From NCBI GenBank assembly GCA_034520565.1, contig JAXHNL010000002.1, forward strand, positions 1,088,001 to 1,152,000: a DNA stretch of 64,000 nt, given 5' to 3'. Positions within the stretch are counted from its first letter, which is position 1; each line of letters starts with the position of its first letter. Positions 51,515-61,450 of this stretch are shown here, in pieces. The notes beneath the pieces are model-generated. The model was not told the DNA's origin. It saw only the letters and a program-made list of their open reading frames with translations, and did no database searches. Source of the DNA: Halodesulfurarchaeum sp. (GTDB taxonomy: Archaea > Halobacteriota > Halobacteria > Halobacteriales > Halobacteriaceae). The position numbers and the translations under genes were made by a program.

Positions 51515-53623
51515 TCAGCCCAGCCAGGCCGACACTTCCTCGATGACGGCCTCCAGCACGTCGTCCCGCCGCCCGGAGAGGAACTCGATGCGGCCGTCAC
51601 GGCCACCGCGCGGGGTAACGCCCCCGCCCTCGACGCGGTCGGCGACGGCTTCGCCGATGGCGCGCACGTCCAGGGCGGTCGAGCGCTCGAGGAAGAGTTC
51701 GTCCTCGTCGAGCGCGATCGTCACCGTTGCACCCGCCTCGGCGGTCTCTCGCCGGTGAAGTTCCGCGAGCAGGAGGTCCGTCGGCGGGAAGTCATAGCGA
51801 TGGGTGTAGGCGGCCACGTCGAGGACGTCGATCTGGACGCCGTTCTCGCTCCGGCGCTCGAGATGAGGCCGTGCGGTCTCGACTTCGGTCTCGAGTTTCG
51901 TTTCGAACTGCTCGCTGAGCGGCGTCGCGAGTGCGGCGTTGCCGTCGTCCCAGAAGAGGTCCGCGATGAGTTCGCGCTTGTCCTCGTAGGACTGGTAGAA
52001 GGCCTCGAGAGCCACCGCGTTCCGGATGTCCTCGATCGTCCCCATCTCGTAGCCGCTCTCGGTCGCGAGGTCGGCGTACTGTGCTGGTACCTCGGTCCAG
52101 AAACTCGTCGCGGGCAAGTGAGCCAGATCAGCACGAACGTCGTCGTTCACGAGGGCCGCGAGGTGGGTGCCCAGCACGCCAGTCGACACTGGACCACCGC
52201 CTGCGGCGGTCGGACTGACGAGAACGTTTGCCGTCTCAGCCGCGTCGGTGTCGGCGTAACCGCCGTCGACGATCACGGTCCCCGCGTCGTAAATCGAGAG
52301 TAGATCCAGCCCGTCAGCGGATTCCCGGGTCGAGCCGGCGTCGACGAGCACGAAGAGGGGGTGTGTCTCGTCGTGTCGATCCGCGGCCTCGAGCATACTC
52401 GTCACGTCGCTCGTCGCGGCTTCGACGTCGTAAATCGGATCGTCGAGGGGCCGTCGGTCGACGTAATGGTATTCTGCGCCCGATTCGGCGTGTTCCTCGC
52501 GGATCAGTGGCAACAGTGCCCGTTCCAGGGCTGCGCCACCGACGTACCCTTCGAGCGTCGCCGTGTGCCGGATGATGACCGGCCTGGATTCGATGACGGC
52601 CCGGCGAATCGTCGTCGCCGCGTCCAGGAGATCGTCCTGCACCGGCTCGATCGACGGATCCGAGACGAAAAGATCCGTTTCCCCTGGCTCGGCCCGTTCG
52701 GCGACAGCGTTTTCTCGTCGCTCCGTGACCGCTTCGGCAGCGTCATCTGCGAGCACCGTGAGTTCCTGTGTTTCGACCTGGACCGCTCCTCGATGCTCTT
52801 CGACGATGCCGATGAGGCGGACTGCCTCACCCGTTTCTACCTCCGGGTAGGCCCTGACGCCGGCCTCTTCGAAGGCCGCACAGTCGACGGTCCCGGTTTC
52901 GTCTTCGACCTCGAAGATCGTCGGTCCTGCCGTCTGGCGAATGCCCCGGACCGTCCCTTCGAGGGCGACCGTCTCCCCGAGCGCCGATTCGAGGGCGTCG
53001 ACCTGGAGCCGTTCGATTTCGGTCGGCTTGGCAGCCGTCGTGGATTCCCTGTCCGTTTCGGGTTCGAATTCGGACCCGTCGGGCGATTCGGTCGGTCCGT
53101 TCGATTCGGCCGTGGTCGTCCCGCCGTCGGTCGAACTGGTGTCTTTCGGGTCCCGCTCGACGGCCGAGGGGCTGCCAACCTCGGATTCCGCTGTCGGCTC
53201 CGGCTCGGTCGAGTCGTCCCCGGATCCGTCACCGTCGGCGTGCTCGGGCAATACCGGCTTGCCGATCTCCGGGTCGTCGATAAGGCGCCCGCGGAACTCG
53301 CGTTCCCGTTGTCGGAGCGACCAGCCGAGGTCAATGTTCCCGTTGTCGTGTACCTCGAGGACCTGGACGAAGACCGTCTCGCCCGGGTCCCAGTCGAGGG
53401 ACTCGAGTCGCTTTGGGATCTCGCTTCGATGCAACAGGCCGGTTACGGGGCCCACGTCGACGAAGACGCCGAATTCCGCGAATCCGTCGACGCTGCCGCG
53501 GTAATACCGGTCCGCGGTGAGCTGGTTCGATCTGGTGCCACGAAACTCGAAGAACACGTCCTCCTCGTGCGTGCCACAAACGTCGCCGTCAGCGGGTGAG
53601 CCACAGATAACACACGTACCCAT
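51515..53623 (-). CDS. RecJ-like DHH-family protein with N-terminal S1 and OB domains, degenerate active site (RecJ3/4 type)
   Basis: CVICG Zn finger, S1 (FGVFVD..VTGLLH.SE), OB (QTAGPTIF..DETG); the DHH motif appears as DGG. Confidence 0.8.
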   Translation of the reverse strand: MGTCVICGSPADGDVCGTHEEDVFFEFRGTRSNQLTADRYYRGSVDGFAEFGVFVDVGPVTGLLHRSEIPKRLESLDWDPGETVFVQVLEVHDNGNIDLGWSLRQREREFRGRLIDDPEIGKPVLPEHADGDGSGDDSTEPEPTAESEVGSPSAVERDPKDTSSTDGGTTTAESNGPTESPDGSEFEPETDRESTTAAKPTEIERLQVDALESALGETVALEGTVRGIRQTAGPTIFEVEDETGTVDCAAFEEAGVRAYPEVETGEAVRLIGIVEEHRGAVQVETQELTVLADDAAEAVTERRENAVAERAEPGETDLFVSDPSIEPVQDDLLDAATTIRRAVIESRPVIIRHTATLEGYVGGAALERALLPLIREEHAESGAEYHYVDRRPLDDPIYDVEAATSDVTSMLEAADRHDETHPLFVLVDAGSTRESADGLDLLSIYDAGTVIVDGGYADTDAAETANVLVSPTAAGGGPVSTGVLGTHLAALVNDDVRADLAHLPATSFWTEVPAQYADLATESGYEMGTIEDIRNAVALEAFYQSYEDKRELIADLFWDDGNAALATPLSEQFETKLETEVETARPHLERRSENGVQIDVLDVAAYTHRYDFPPTDLLLAELHRRETAEAGATVTIALDEDELFLERSTALDVRAIGEAVADRVEGGGVTPRGGRDGRIEFLSGRRDDVLEAVIEEVSAWLG

Positions 53624-53673
53624 TTCTAGTATGGGAAAGCCGCCGGACTCCTAAACGCTTGTCGAAAGCTCGC

Positions 53674-54261
53674 TCAGTCCCGCCTGACCTCGTGGCAGTT
53701 CCGACATCGGGCCTCGTAGGACTCCTCGGCCCCGACCACGATGGTCGGCTCGTCCACGTGGGCGGGTTCGCCGTCGACGAGTCGCTGGTTGCGCGTCGCC
53801 GGCTCGCCACAGACCGCACAGATGGCCCGGAGCTTGTCGACGTACTCGGCGTTGGCCATCAACTGCCCGAGGGGCTCGAAGGGTTCGCCACGAAACGTCT
53901 GGTCGGTGCCGCTGACGATCACCCGTCGACCCTCGTTTGCGAGGTCGTCGACGACCGCGACGAGTTCGACCGGGAAGAAATTCGCCTCGTCGATCGCGAC
54001 GACCGACTCCCCGTCCAACAGGTCGGGAATGGAGCGGACGCCCTCAGGCGTGTTGTCGACGACGGTCGCCTCCCAGGTGTGTCCGGCGTGGGAGCCCAGT
54101 TCGGCTTCCCCATAGCGGTCGTCGATGGCGGGCGTAAACGCCGCGACGGTCTGGCCCGCGATTTCGGTCCGCCGGAGCCGCCGGAGGAGTTCCTCGGTCT
54201 TCCCGGAGAACATCGAGCCCGAGATGACCTCGACCCAGCCGTTCTCCCTGATCGCGCGCAT
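53674..54261 (-). CDS. tdk: Thymidine kinase
   Basis: GSMFSGKTEEL, IDEANFF, FRGEPF, CAVC...YEARCRNC. Confidence 0.94.
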   Translation of the reverse strand: MRAIRENGWVEVISGSMFSGKTEELLRRLRRTEIAGQTVAAFTPAIDDRYGEAELGSHAGHTWEATVVDNTPEGVRSIPDLLDGESVVAIDEANFFPVELVAVVDDLANEGRRVIVSGTDQTFRGEPFEPLGQLMANAEYVDKLRAICAVCGEPATRNQRLVDGEPAHVDEPTIVVGAEESYEARCRNCHEVRRD

Positions 54262-54290
54262 ATCTCGAACGGGGACCTCCGCCACTAAAA

Positions 54291-54878
54291 TCAGTCCGAT
54301 TCCTCGTCGTGTGCGCCGACGTTGTGTCGCCCCTCGAAGCTGATCGGATCCGGCTCGATGAAGGCGTACTCGACGATCCGCTGCCCGAGCGTCTCGAGGC
54401 GGTTCTCCAGATCCGGATCGGTGATCTGCCCGGCCGTGACTGCCTCGCCCGAGTCCGGTATCGCCGCCTGGAACGGCAGCACCCAGGCGTCGAGTGCCCG
54501 AAGGACGCCCCGGAGGTGATCGAGGGCAGGGAGGGGGAATCCACCTCCGGCGACTGCGAGCAGGCCGACAGTGGTATTTTCGAACTCGTCGAAGCCACAG
54601 TAATCGAGGGCGTTCTTGAGAGGGGCCGAATAGGAGCCGTGATAGACCGGGGTTCCGAGCAGAACCGCGTCGAGGTTCCGGATCTCGGTCCTGAATTCCG
54701 GGGCGTCGCCGGCATCCCTGTCGTCCGCGTCGTAGACTGGCAGGTCGTACTCCCTGAGATCGATCAGATCGGCCGTCCCGCCGTGGTCCTCGACGGACGC
54801 AAGCGCCCGCTGTAGTCCGACTCGCGTCACGCTTTCCTCGCGCAAGCTGCCGACGATCGCACCGATGGTGGGTGACAT
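54291..54878 (-). CDS. NADPH-dependent FMN reductase
   Basis: GSLRE.S, TPVYHGSYS..LKNALD. Confidence 0.9.
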   Translation of the reverse strand: MSPTIGAIVGSLREESVTRVGLQRALASVEDHGGTADLIDLREYDLPVYDADDRDAGDAPEFRTEIRNLDAVLLGTPVYHGSYSAPLKNALDYCGFDEFENTTVGLLAVAGGGFPLPALDHLRGVLRALDAWVLPFQAAIPDSGEAVTAGQITDPDLENRLETLGQRIVEYAFIEPDPISFEGRHNVGAHDEESD

Positions 54879-54947
54879 ACGAGAACGGTTGTGGCGTTCG
54901 GTACGTAAAGTGGTGGGCGGAGCGAGGGAGCCGGTTCCGCCGGCGGG

Positions 54948-55861
54948 TCACTCCCGGAGCCGCACAGTCGGGGGGTCGGATTCCTTCTCGACGGCGACCA
55001 ACCCGTCCGCCTCGAGGTCTGCAAGCAGTCCGTCGAACCACTCTCGCCCGTGCTCTCCCGTCGGTGTATAGTCCACGCGAACCCGGTGGCCCAGATCGTC
55101 GATCGGCAATTCCCCGTGCTCGCCAAGCGTGCGGACGATCTGTCCCCTGAACTGTCTCCGGCTCCCCTCGAAGGCGGGCTGGGTCGGGACGTCCGGCGCG
55201 GTGAAATCTCCGGTTTCGTAGGCGTGACACCACTCCCGCCACGGGCAATTTGCCCCGTCACAGCGCGGTGTCTTCGAACAGGCGACCCCGCCGAGTTCCA
55301 TGATGGCGTTGTTCCACCGGCCGGGCGCGTCCGGTGGTACCAGTTCATCGGCTGCTGACTCGAAGACAACCTCGTCGTCCGGAACGCCGAACGCGCGGTG
55401 GAGCACTCGCTTCACGTTCGTGTCGACCACGGCGCCGCCGGTGTCGAAGGCAAAGGAGGCGACGGCCGTGGCGGTGTAGGGACCGACGCCCATGAGCGTT
55501 TCCAACTGGTCGGGTTCGGTGGGTAACTCGCCGCCGAACTCCGAAACCACCTGCTGGGCTGCCTCGTGGAGGTATTTCGCCCGGTTGTTGTAACCGAGGC
55601 TGTGGGCACTCCAGAAGGCGACCACGTCGCTTCGGTCGGCGTCGGCGAGTGCATCGATCGTCGGCCAGCGCTCGATAAACGCGTTCCAGGGCTCGACGAT
55701 TCGATCGAGCTGGGTCTGCTGGCTCATCACCTCGGAAACCAGGATCTCGTAGGGGTCGCCGGTTTCCCGCCACGGGAACGACCGGTGGTCGGCCTCGTAC
55801 CACGACAGGAGTGCCGCCCGAATCGCGTCCAGTCTGCGTCGAAGTCGAGTGAACCGGCCAT
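54948..55861 (-). CDS. mutY: A/G-specific adenine glycosylase (HhH-GPD); 1-nt indel near 55833
   Basis: WY...R.FPWR..DPY.ILVSEVMSQQT, LGYN.RA, GVGPYTA, VDTNV.RV, Fe-S motif C-x6-C-x4-C-x5-C. Confidence 0.9.
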
Positions 55862-56007
55862 TGCGAGTAGTCGGCGTGAATTTGACCGCCGGGGTCCTTA
55901 CAAGCGTGGTGATGGCGAACGTTCGCGATTGTAGCTCGGCAGCCTTTCTCGAATACGAATCTTATTCGTCCGAAACGGGTTTTTCCGTGGGTCCGCGACG
56001 GTGTTCC

Positions 56008-56328
56008 ATGAGTCTCGACGAACTCACCGACGCCGTCGAAAGCTCCTATAGCGACCTCGACGGAACCGAATTGACGCTCGACCACGAAAGCCGGCTGGAA
56101 CTCGCCATGTTGCAAGCGGCCTTCGAGGAGGACGACCCCGCATCGCTCGTCTCGCGAGCCATTCACGTGCTCTTCCAGTCGACGGCCGAAACGGGAAAGC
56201 TCGATTTCCACCTCCGGGGGCGGTATGACGTAACCTACGACGAGTATCTCTCCGGGATGACCTACGACGACATGCCCGGGATGGGCGATTTTTCCGGCGG
56301 GGACGACGAGCGACGGTACCAGTTCTGA
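56008..56328 (+). CDS. Conserved haloarchaeal small acidic protein
   Basis: MSLDELTDAV...LDFHLR..YD.TYDEYLSGMTY. Confidence 0.75.
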   Translation: MSLDELTDAVESSYSDLDGTELTLDHESRLELAMLQAAFEEDDPASLVSRAIHVLFQSTAETGKLDFHLRGRYDVTYDEYLSGMTYDDMPGMGDFSGGDDERRYQF

Positions 56329-56410
56329 CCTGATGCGGCTGCCCGTCGGGTGCCCGGAGGCAGTCAGCTTCGGCCCATGAGGTTTTTACTGCGCCGCCCG
56401 TGGGTCGAGT

Positions 56411-57577
56411 ATGGCTCGAATTGGACGGCTCGATCGCGATCGCATCGGGTGGTGGGCGATCGCGTTTGCGCTCGGGGCGCTGGTGCTCTATCTGCTGTAC
56501 TCGTTTCTTGGCACCTTCGTGTTCGGCATCTTCGTCTATTATGCGACCCGGCCGATTTACCGGCGGCTCAAACTGGTGATCCATAACGCTTCGCTGGCCG
56601 CGGCCACCTCGCTCCTGGCCCTCGTGTTGCCGGCCATCCTACTCGCGTTCTACACGATCGCGATCGCATTACAGGAGTTGAACAAGTTCATCGACCAACG
56701 GGACGTGGGCTATCAGCCCCTGGAATCGCTTCTTGCGCCCTACTTCGACGTTTCCGCGGTGATTGCCGACCCGCTTTCGCTGCTTTCGGGGCCGGATACG
56801 CTGGAGGCGATCCGGACGGTGCTTCAGGAGGCAAGCACCTATCTCGGCTTTTTCGGCCTCGGGGCGTTGCACCTGTTCGTCGTCATCGTCCTTGCCTTCT
56901 ATCTGCTCCGGGACGATCATCGACTCGCGGGCTGGTGGCGCCGCCGATTTTCCGACGACGAGGGCGTCATGGAGGCCTACATGACCCGGGTGGATCGGGA
57001 CTTCTCGAACATCTTCTTCGGGAACATCCTCAACGCGGCGATTACGGCCATCATCGGGGCTGCGGCGTACTCGACGCTCAACATGCTTTCACCGGCCGGA
57101 ATCGCGCTCCCGTATCCCGCGCTCCTCGGGCTGCTCACCGGCATCGCGAGCCTGATTCCGGTCATCGGGATCAAGATCGTCTACGTGCCCGGAGCGATCT
57201 ACCTCTTCGTCGTCTCGGGCGGGGAGCCGTCGCTTTTCTGGTTTCCCGTCCTCTTCGTCGTGGTCTCCTTTCTCATCGTTGATGTCATTCCGGACCTCGT
57301 GCTGCGACCCTACGTTTCGGGGCGCAACCTCCACCTCGGGATGGTGATGCTCGCCTACATCTTCGGGCCGCTGCTCTTTGGCTGGTACGGCCTCTTCTTC
57401 GGGCCGATGCTGCTGGTATTGCTCGTTCACTTCGTCGCGCTGGTGCTTCCGGAACTCCTCGCGGGGGCCCCGATCCAGCCGGAGACGATCGCCGATCCGA
57501 TGACCGTGGATAGCGTCTCCGAGAGCACGGGGGCCGGGAGCGAGTCGGATCAGTTGGGGGCCGGGAGCGAAGAATAG
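56411..57577 (+). CDS. AI-2E-family transporter
   Basis: YYATRP, FYLLRD, LIP.IG, RPY.SGR.LH, FG..GLF.GP. Confidence 0.9.
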   Translation: MARIGRLDRDRIGWWAIAFALGALVLYLLYSFLGTFVFGIFVYYATRPIYRRLKLVIHNASLAAATSLLALVLPAILLAFYTIAIALQELNKFIDQRDVGYQPLESLLAPYFDVSAVIADPLSLLSGPDTLEAIRTVLQEASTYLGFFGLGALHLFVVIVLAFYLLRDDHRLAGWWRRRFSDDEGVMEAYMTRVDRDFSNIFFGNILNAAITAIIGAAAYSTLNMLSPAGIALPYPALLGLLTGIASLIPVIGIKIVYVPGAIYLFVVSGGEPSLFWFPVLFVVVSFLIVDVIPDLVLRPYVSGRNLHLGMVMLAYIFGPLLFGWYGLFFGPMLLVLLVHFVALVLPELLAGAPIQPETIADPMTVDSVSESTGAGSESDQLGAGSEE

Positions 57578-57640
57578 CTAGCTCGAAGACTGGGCGACCC
57601 GGAGATTCAGGGAGCCATGTCTTGTGGAGGGGAATTCCGG

Positions 57641-57919
57641 TCAGTCGAGATCGACGTAATCGACTTCCCAGTCCCGCCGGGCTTCTATTTCCCGTCGTCC
57701 GCGACGGGTGACGGTGTAGAAGTTCGTCCGCTGATCGCGTTCGCCCTTGTCTATGAGCCCTTTATCGACGAGCGTGTCGAGATTGGGGTAGAGCCGTCCG
57801 TGGTGGATCTCCGATTCGTAATACTTCTCGAGTTCCTCCTTGATTGCGAGTCCGTGTGGCTCATCGAGACCCGCGACGACGTAGAGGAGATCCCGTTGAA
57901 AGCCTGTGAGGTCATACAT
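57641..57919 (-). CDS. PadR-family winged-helix regulator
   Basis: LTGFQRDLL, HGLAIKEEL, HGRLYPNLDTLV, D.RTN.Y. Confidence 0.9.
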   Translation of the reverse strand: MYDLTGFQRDLLYVVAGLDEPHGLAIKEELEKYYESEIHHGRLYPNLDTLVDKGLIDKGERDQRTNFYTVTRRGRREIEARRDWEVDYVDLD

Positions 57920-58152
57920 GTGTGAACCCTGATACAGGATATTTGCCAAGTAACCATAAGTATATTGGCTTGTGAGTGTCTCGGATGGAGGGTAGCGGGG
58001 TGACCGCGATCTGAAACGTCATCCGAGTAAACAGCCAGGTTTTTGCTTTTGGGGGCGGTCGTTTCGAAATGGAGAGGCGTTTTTTCGTTCGCACGACGGC
58101 TTTGCCACTTGCCCCGTTGCCATGATGGCATTGCGACTCGGAATTCAGTTGT

Positions 58153-58238
58153 AAAAGGAAGCGGGATCGGAACCCGATCCCGCTGCCGCCCTGAGTTGGT
58201 CCCCGCTGACGCTTCGGCCCTCCAAAGCGAAGCGTCAC
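58153..58238 (-). ncRNA. Candidate small RNA (about 86 nt)
   Basis: TTTAAG TATA-like box about 25 nt upstream, a 10-bp stem TGACGCTTCG/CGAAGCGTCA, a 10-bp stem GCGGGATCGG/CCGATCCCGC, then TTCCTTTT. Confidence 0.55.
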
Positions 58239-58301
58239 TTGAAGCAAACGGATCCGGCGTCTTAAATCTACCGTCACCATCAACACTTCCCCCGGGTCCG
58301 G

Positions 58302-59228
58302 TCAGGCCCGGTCGAGTCGCGAGAGCCCCTGCCAGATGGCGTTGACGAGTTTCGTCTCCCCCGTCCCCTCGGCGTCGTCCCAGCCCCGGGCGAGGGCGTC
58401 TTCGAGCACTTCCAGCGAGTGGTTCTCGAAGTTGTTCACGCCGCGGAACGTCTCCAGGGCCTCTCGCTCGTCCGCAGCGAACGTCGCCGTCGGCGATCCG
58501 TCGTAGTGGCCGAGGCCGGCGAGGGCCTCGAGGACTGACGCCGCGGTGGGGCCGGAGAGCTCTCGCACGTCCTCGGGTGTCTCGCGTTCGAGCAGCGTCA
58601 CGTCGTAAATCCGGAAGACCCGCTCGAGTTCCGCGATCGGGGACTCGTGGTCGTCGACCCTGACGTCGATCCAGCGATCGTTTCGGCCGTCATAGCCGCC
58701 CTCGGGCTTGACGACGTACATGGCGGCTGACTGTTCGCCCCGTCGATCCCCGCCCGCTTCGTTTCCGGCCTCGAGGGCCGCGAGCAGCCGCTCCGGAAGG
58801 CCACCGTCGGTCGTCTCGTAGGCGTCGGCCATTGCCTCGATAGTATCTGGCCCTTCGAGGATGTTTCCCTGTATGGTGTACTGGTCCCCCTGGCGATCGC
58901 CCGCGTGATCGAGACATTCTTCGCCTGTGTACGCCGCGACGGAGCCGTCCGTTCCGACGACGCCAATCTGCCGGCTCTCGGCGTCCTCGTCAGCGGCGGT
59001 CAGTTCTTCGATCACCGTTTCCGCGTCGGCTCCCTCTCGAAGCAGTTCCAACCCATCTGGGCCGTAGGCCACGTTGGCGTAGCTCTGTGTGGCGATCGCT
59101 CCCGCGTCGGCCGCGGCGAACGGCACGACCGACCCGACGCTCACGAACTTCGACTGCACGGCGACGCCGAGTGCCTCCTGTTCCGGGTCCCGTGCCACGA
59201 TCGAGAACGTTGCCGGCCTGACTGGCAT
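58302..59228 (-). CDS. DUF1028-domain Ntn-hydrolase-like protein with C-terminal PG-binding-like domain
   Basis: TFSIVARD, GAIATQS, RQIGVV, QGNIL, GGD.RG.QSAA, D.RVDDH..P..EL. Confidence 0.88.
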   Translation of the reverse strand: MPVRPATFSIVARDPEQEALGVAVQSKFVSVGSVVPFAAADAGAIATQSYANVAYGPDGLELLREGADAETVIEELTAADEDAESRQIGVVGTDGSVAAYTGEECLDHAGDRQGDQYTIQGNILEGPDTIEAMADAYETTDGGLPERLLAALEAGNEAGGDRRGEQSAAMYVVKPEGGYDGRNDRWIDVRVDDHESPIAELERVFRIYDVTLLERETPEDVRELSGPTAASVLEALAGLGHYDGSPTATFAADEREALETFRGVNNFENHSLEVLEDALARGWDDAEGTGETKLVNAIWQGLSRLDRA

Positions 59229-59314
59229 ACCGTCGCCTTTCGCCGGAGGAGCAAAAGGTTTGACCCGCCCGTGGCACCACGAGGCCTTTGGTCCCCGGGC
59301 GCGAAGCTTTCTTC

Positions 59315-60034
59315 ATGGAGGTTCGGGGAGAACGGGAGTGCAAGAACTGTGGCACCCGGTGGTCCTACTACGAGACGGGGAGCCCTGCCTGTCCGGAATG
59401 CGGGAGTCTGCAGAGCGTCGGCCTCGGCGAGCGACGACTCCACACCGACCGCCCCGCCGAACTCGACCTGGATCTGGCCATTGACGCGCTGTCCGAGGGG
59501 CGGTATCGAGCGGCCGGAGAGGCCGCCGACGAGACCGCCCGCGAATACGTCCGCCGCCGGGGATTTATCAACGCCGGTGAACTTCGGTCCCTGACGGATC
59601 AGTACCTTCTCGCAGCCGAGATTCGCCACGTGGCCCAGCTCTTGCGGCTCGTCACCCCTTCGCTGATCGACGACGGTGACATCGACCTCGAGTACGTCCG
59701 GACGCTGTTCGAGGCTGCGGCGACGGATGACCGTCCAGCGGCCGTGGACGTTCCGGATAGTATGGCCGGGCCGCGGGGACTGGGGGTTGCAGACGCGGTC
59801 GAGGCCTACCACGACGCGCTCAAACACTGGGTGGACGCCTCGGACGCCGAAGTGGCGGCTGGTGGGTTACTGGATCGATTGGACAGCCACGTCCGCCGGG
59901 TCAACGCCCTCGAGGGGACGATTGATCCCCAGGAGGCCGAGAAACTCGTCGCTGTGGCTCGCTCGCTGGGGACGTACGTGCGGACCGGCTCCGAACGGGC
60001 GGCGGTCGAACGGGCACTGGATTCACTCGAGTGA
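59315..60034 (+). CDS. Zn-ribbon hypothetical protein
   Basis: MEVRGERECKNCG..WSYYETGS..CPECGS. Confidence 0.8.
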   Translation: MEVRGERECKNCGTRWSYYETGSPACPECGSLQSVGLGERRLHTDRPAELDLDLAIDALSEGRYRAAGEAADETAREYVRRRGFINAGELRSLTDQYLLAAEIRHVAQLLRLVTPSLIDDGDIDLEYVRTLFEAAATDDRPAAVDVPDSMAGPRGLGVADAVEAYHDALKHWVDASDAEVAAGGLLDRLDSHVRRVNALEGTIDPQEAEKLVAVARSLGTYVRTGSERAAVERALDSLE

Positions 60035-60078
60035 CCGGCGACCATCCGATCGGGCGACGAATCAGTTTCGCTGCAGGG

Positions 60079-61326
60079 TCACTTGTAGAGGGGGTGCTCG
60101 TCGGTCAGTCGGTCGACTTCCTCGCTGACTTCGGTCAGCACGCTCTCGTCGTCGATGTTGTCGAGGACGCGGCCGATGAGCTGGCCGACCTCCCGCATCT
60201 CCGCCTCGTCGAACCCGCGGGTTGTGAGCGCCGGCGAGCCGATGCGGATGCCCGATGGCTCCTTGGCCGATCGAGTCTCGCCCGGAACGGTGTTGGCGTT
60301 GAGAACGATCCCGGTCTCTTCGAGGGCCTCCGCGGCGTCGTTCCCGGTGACCTCCGGATGGGAATCCCGCAGATCGACGAGGATCAGGTGGGTGTCCGTT
60401 CCGCCCGAGACGAGGGTGAAGCCCTGCTCTTGCATGGACTCTCCAAGCGCGCGAGCGTTGTCGACGACCTGCTCGATGTACTCGTCGAACTCGGGTTCGA
60501 GCGCTTCGCCGAAGCCGACCGCCTTTCCGGCGATGTTGTGCATCAGCGGGCCGCCCTGGATGCCCGGGAAGACGGTTCGGTCGATCACGTCGGCGTGTTC
60601 CTCGTCCGTCAGGATCATGCCCCCGCGCCCGGCCCGGATCGTCTTGTGTGTCGAGCCGGTGACGAAGTCCGCGATACCGACGGGATTGTCGTGAGCGCCT
60701 GCCGCGACGAGGCCGGTGATGTGAGCCATGTCGGCGAGGTGGTAGGCGCCCACGGCGTCGGCGGTTTCCTGGACGCGTTCCCAGTCGACCACTCGCGGGT
60801 ACGCCGAGTAGCCCGAGACGATGATGTCTGGCTCGAACTCGCGGGCGTGTTCGTCCAACCCTTCGTAGTCGATGCGGCCGGTCTCGGCGTCCATCTCGTA
60901 CTGCTCGACCTCGTAGAGCGTTCCCGAGAAGTTGACCGGATGGCCGTGGCTGAGATGACCCCCGTGTTCTAAGTCCAGCGAGAGGATCTTGTCGCCTGGC
61001 TCGAGGACGCTGAAGTACACCGCCATGTTCGCCTGGGTTCCGCTGTGTGGCTGAACGTTGGCGTGGTCCGCGCCCCAGAGTTCTTTGGCTCGCTGGCGGG
61101 CCAGTTCCTCGACCGTATCCGCGTTCTCACACCCGCCGTAGTAGCGGGCCCCGGGATATCCCTCCGCGTACTTGTTCGTGAGCGCGCTGCCCTGGGCTGC
61201 GAGGACGGCCTCGGAAACGTGGTTCTCGCTCGCGATCATCGCCAGCGTGTCCTCCTGCCGTGTCGTCTCGCCTTCGAGGGCCTCGGCAACCGCCGGATCA
61301 CTCGACTGTACCGGGTCGAAGTCCAT
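60079..61326 (-). CDS. glyA: Serine hydroxymethyltransferase
   Basis: IASEN, NKYAEGYPG.RYYGG, GGHLSHG, STHKT, QGGP. Confidence 0.96.
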   Translation of the reverse strand: MDFDPVQSSDPAVAEALEGETTRQEDTLAMIASENHVSEAVLAAQGSALTNKYAEGYPGARYYGGCENADTVEELARQRAKELWGADHANVQPHSGTQANMAVYFSVLEPGDKILSLDLEHGGHLSHGHPVNFSGTLYEVEQYEMDAETGRIDYEGLDEHAREFEPDIIVSGYSAYPRVVDWERVQETADAVGAYHLADMAHITGLVAAGAHDNPVGIADFVTGSTHKTIRAGRGGMILTDEEHADVIDRTVFPGIQGGPLMHNIAGKAVGFGEALEPEFDEYIEQVVDNARALGESMQEQGFTLVSGGTDTHLILVDLRDSHPEVTGNDAAEALEETGIVLNANTVPGETRSAKEPSGIRIGSPALTTRGFDEAEMREVGQLIGRVLDNIDDESVLTEVSEEVDRLTDEHPLYK

Positions 61327-61450
61327 ACCTCATGTGGGAACGGGGCTCTTTGTAAGTCTGTCTACCCCTGAAAAATCCGCGACCGGGACCCGCTATCCTT
61401 TTGGCGCTGGTCCCGGTTGCAACGGCCATGCACGAAGGATGGGAGGACCA

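Noticed and set aside
57529-57571. Short direct repeat GGGGGCCGGGAGCGA, two copies
   Set aside because: It encodes a duplicated GAGSE in the disordered C-terminal tail of the AI-2E protein and is trivial.
57980-58027. Inverted repeat CTCGGATG-N32-CATCCGAG upstream of padR
   Set aside because: Only 8 bp with long spacing; it could occur by chance and is not enough to call an operator.
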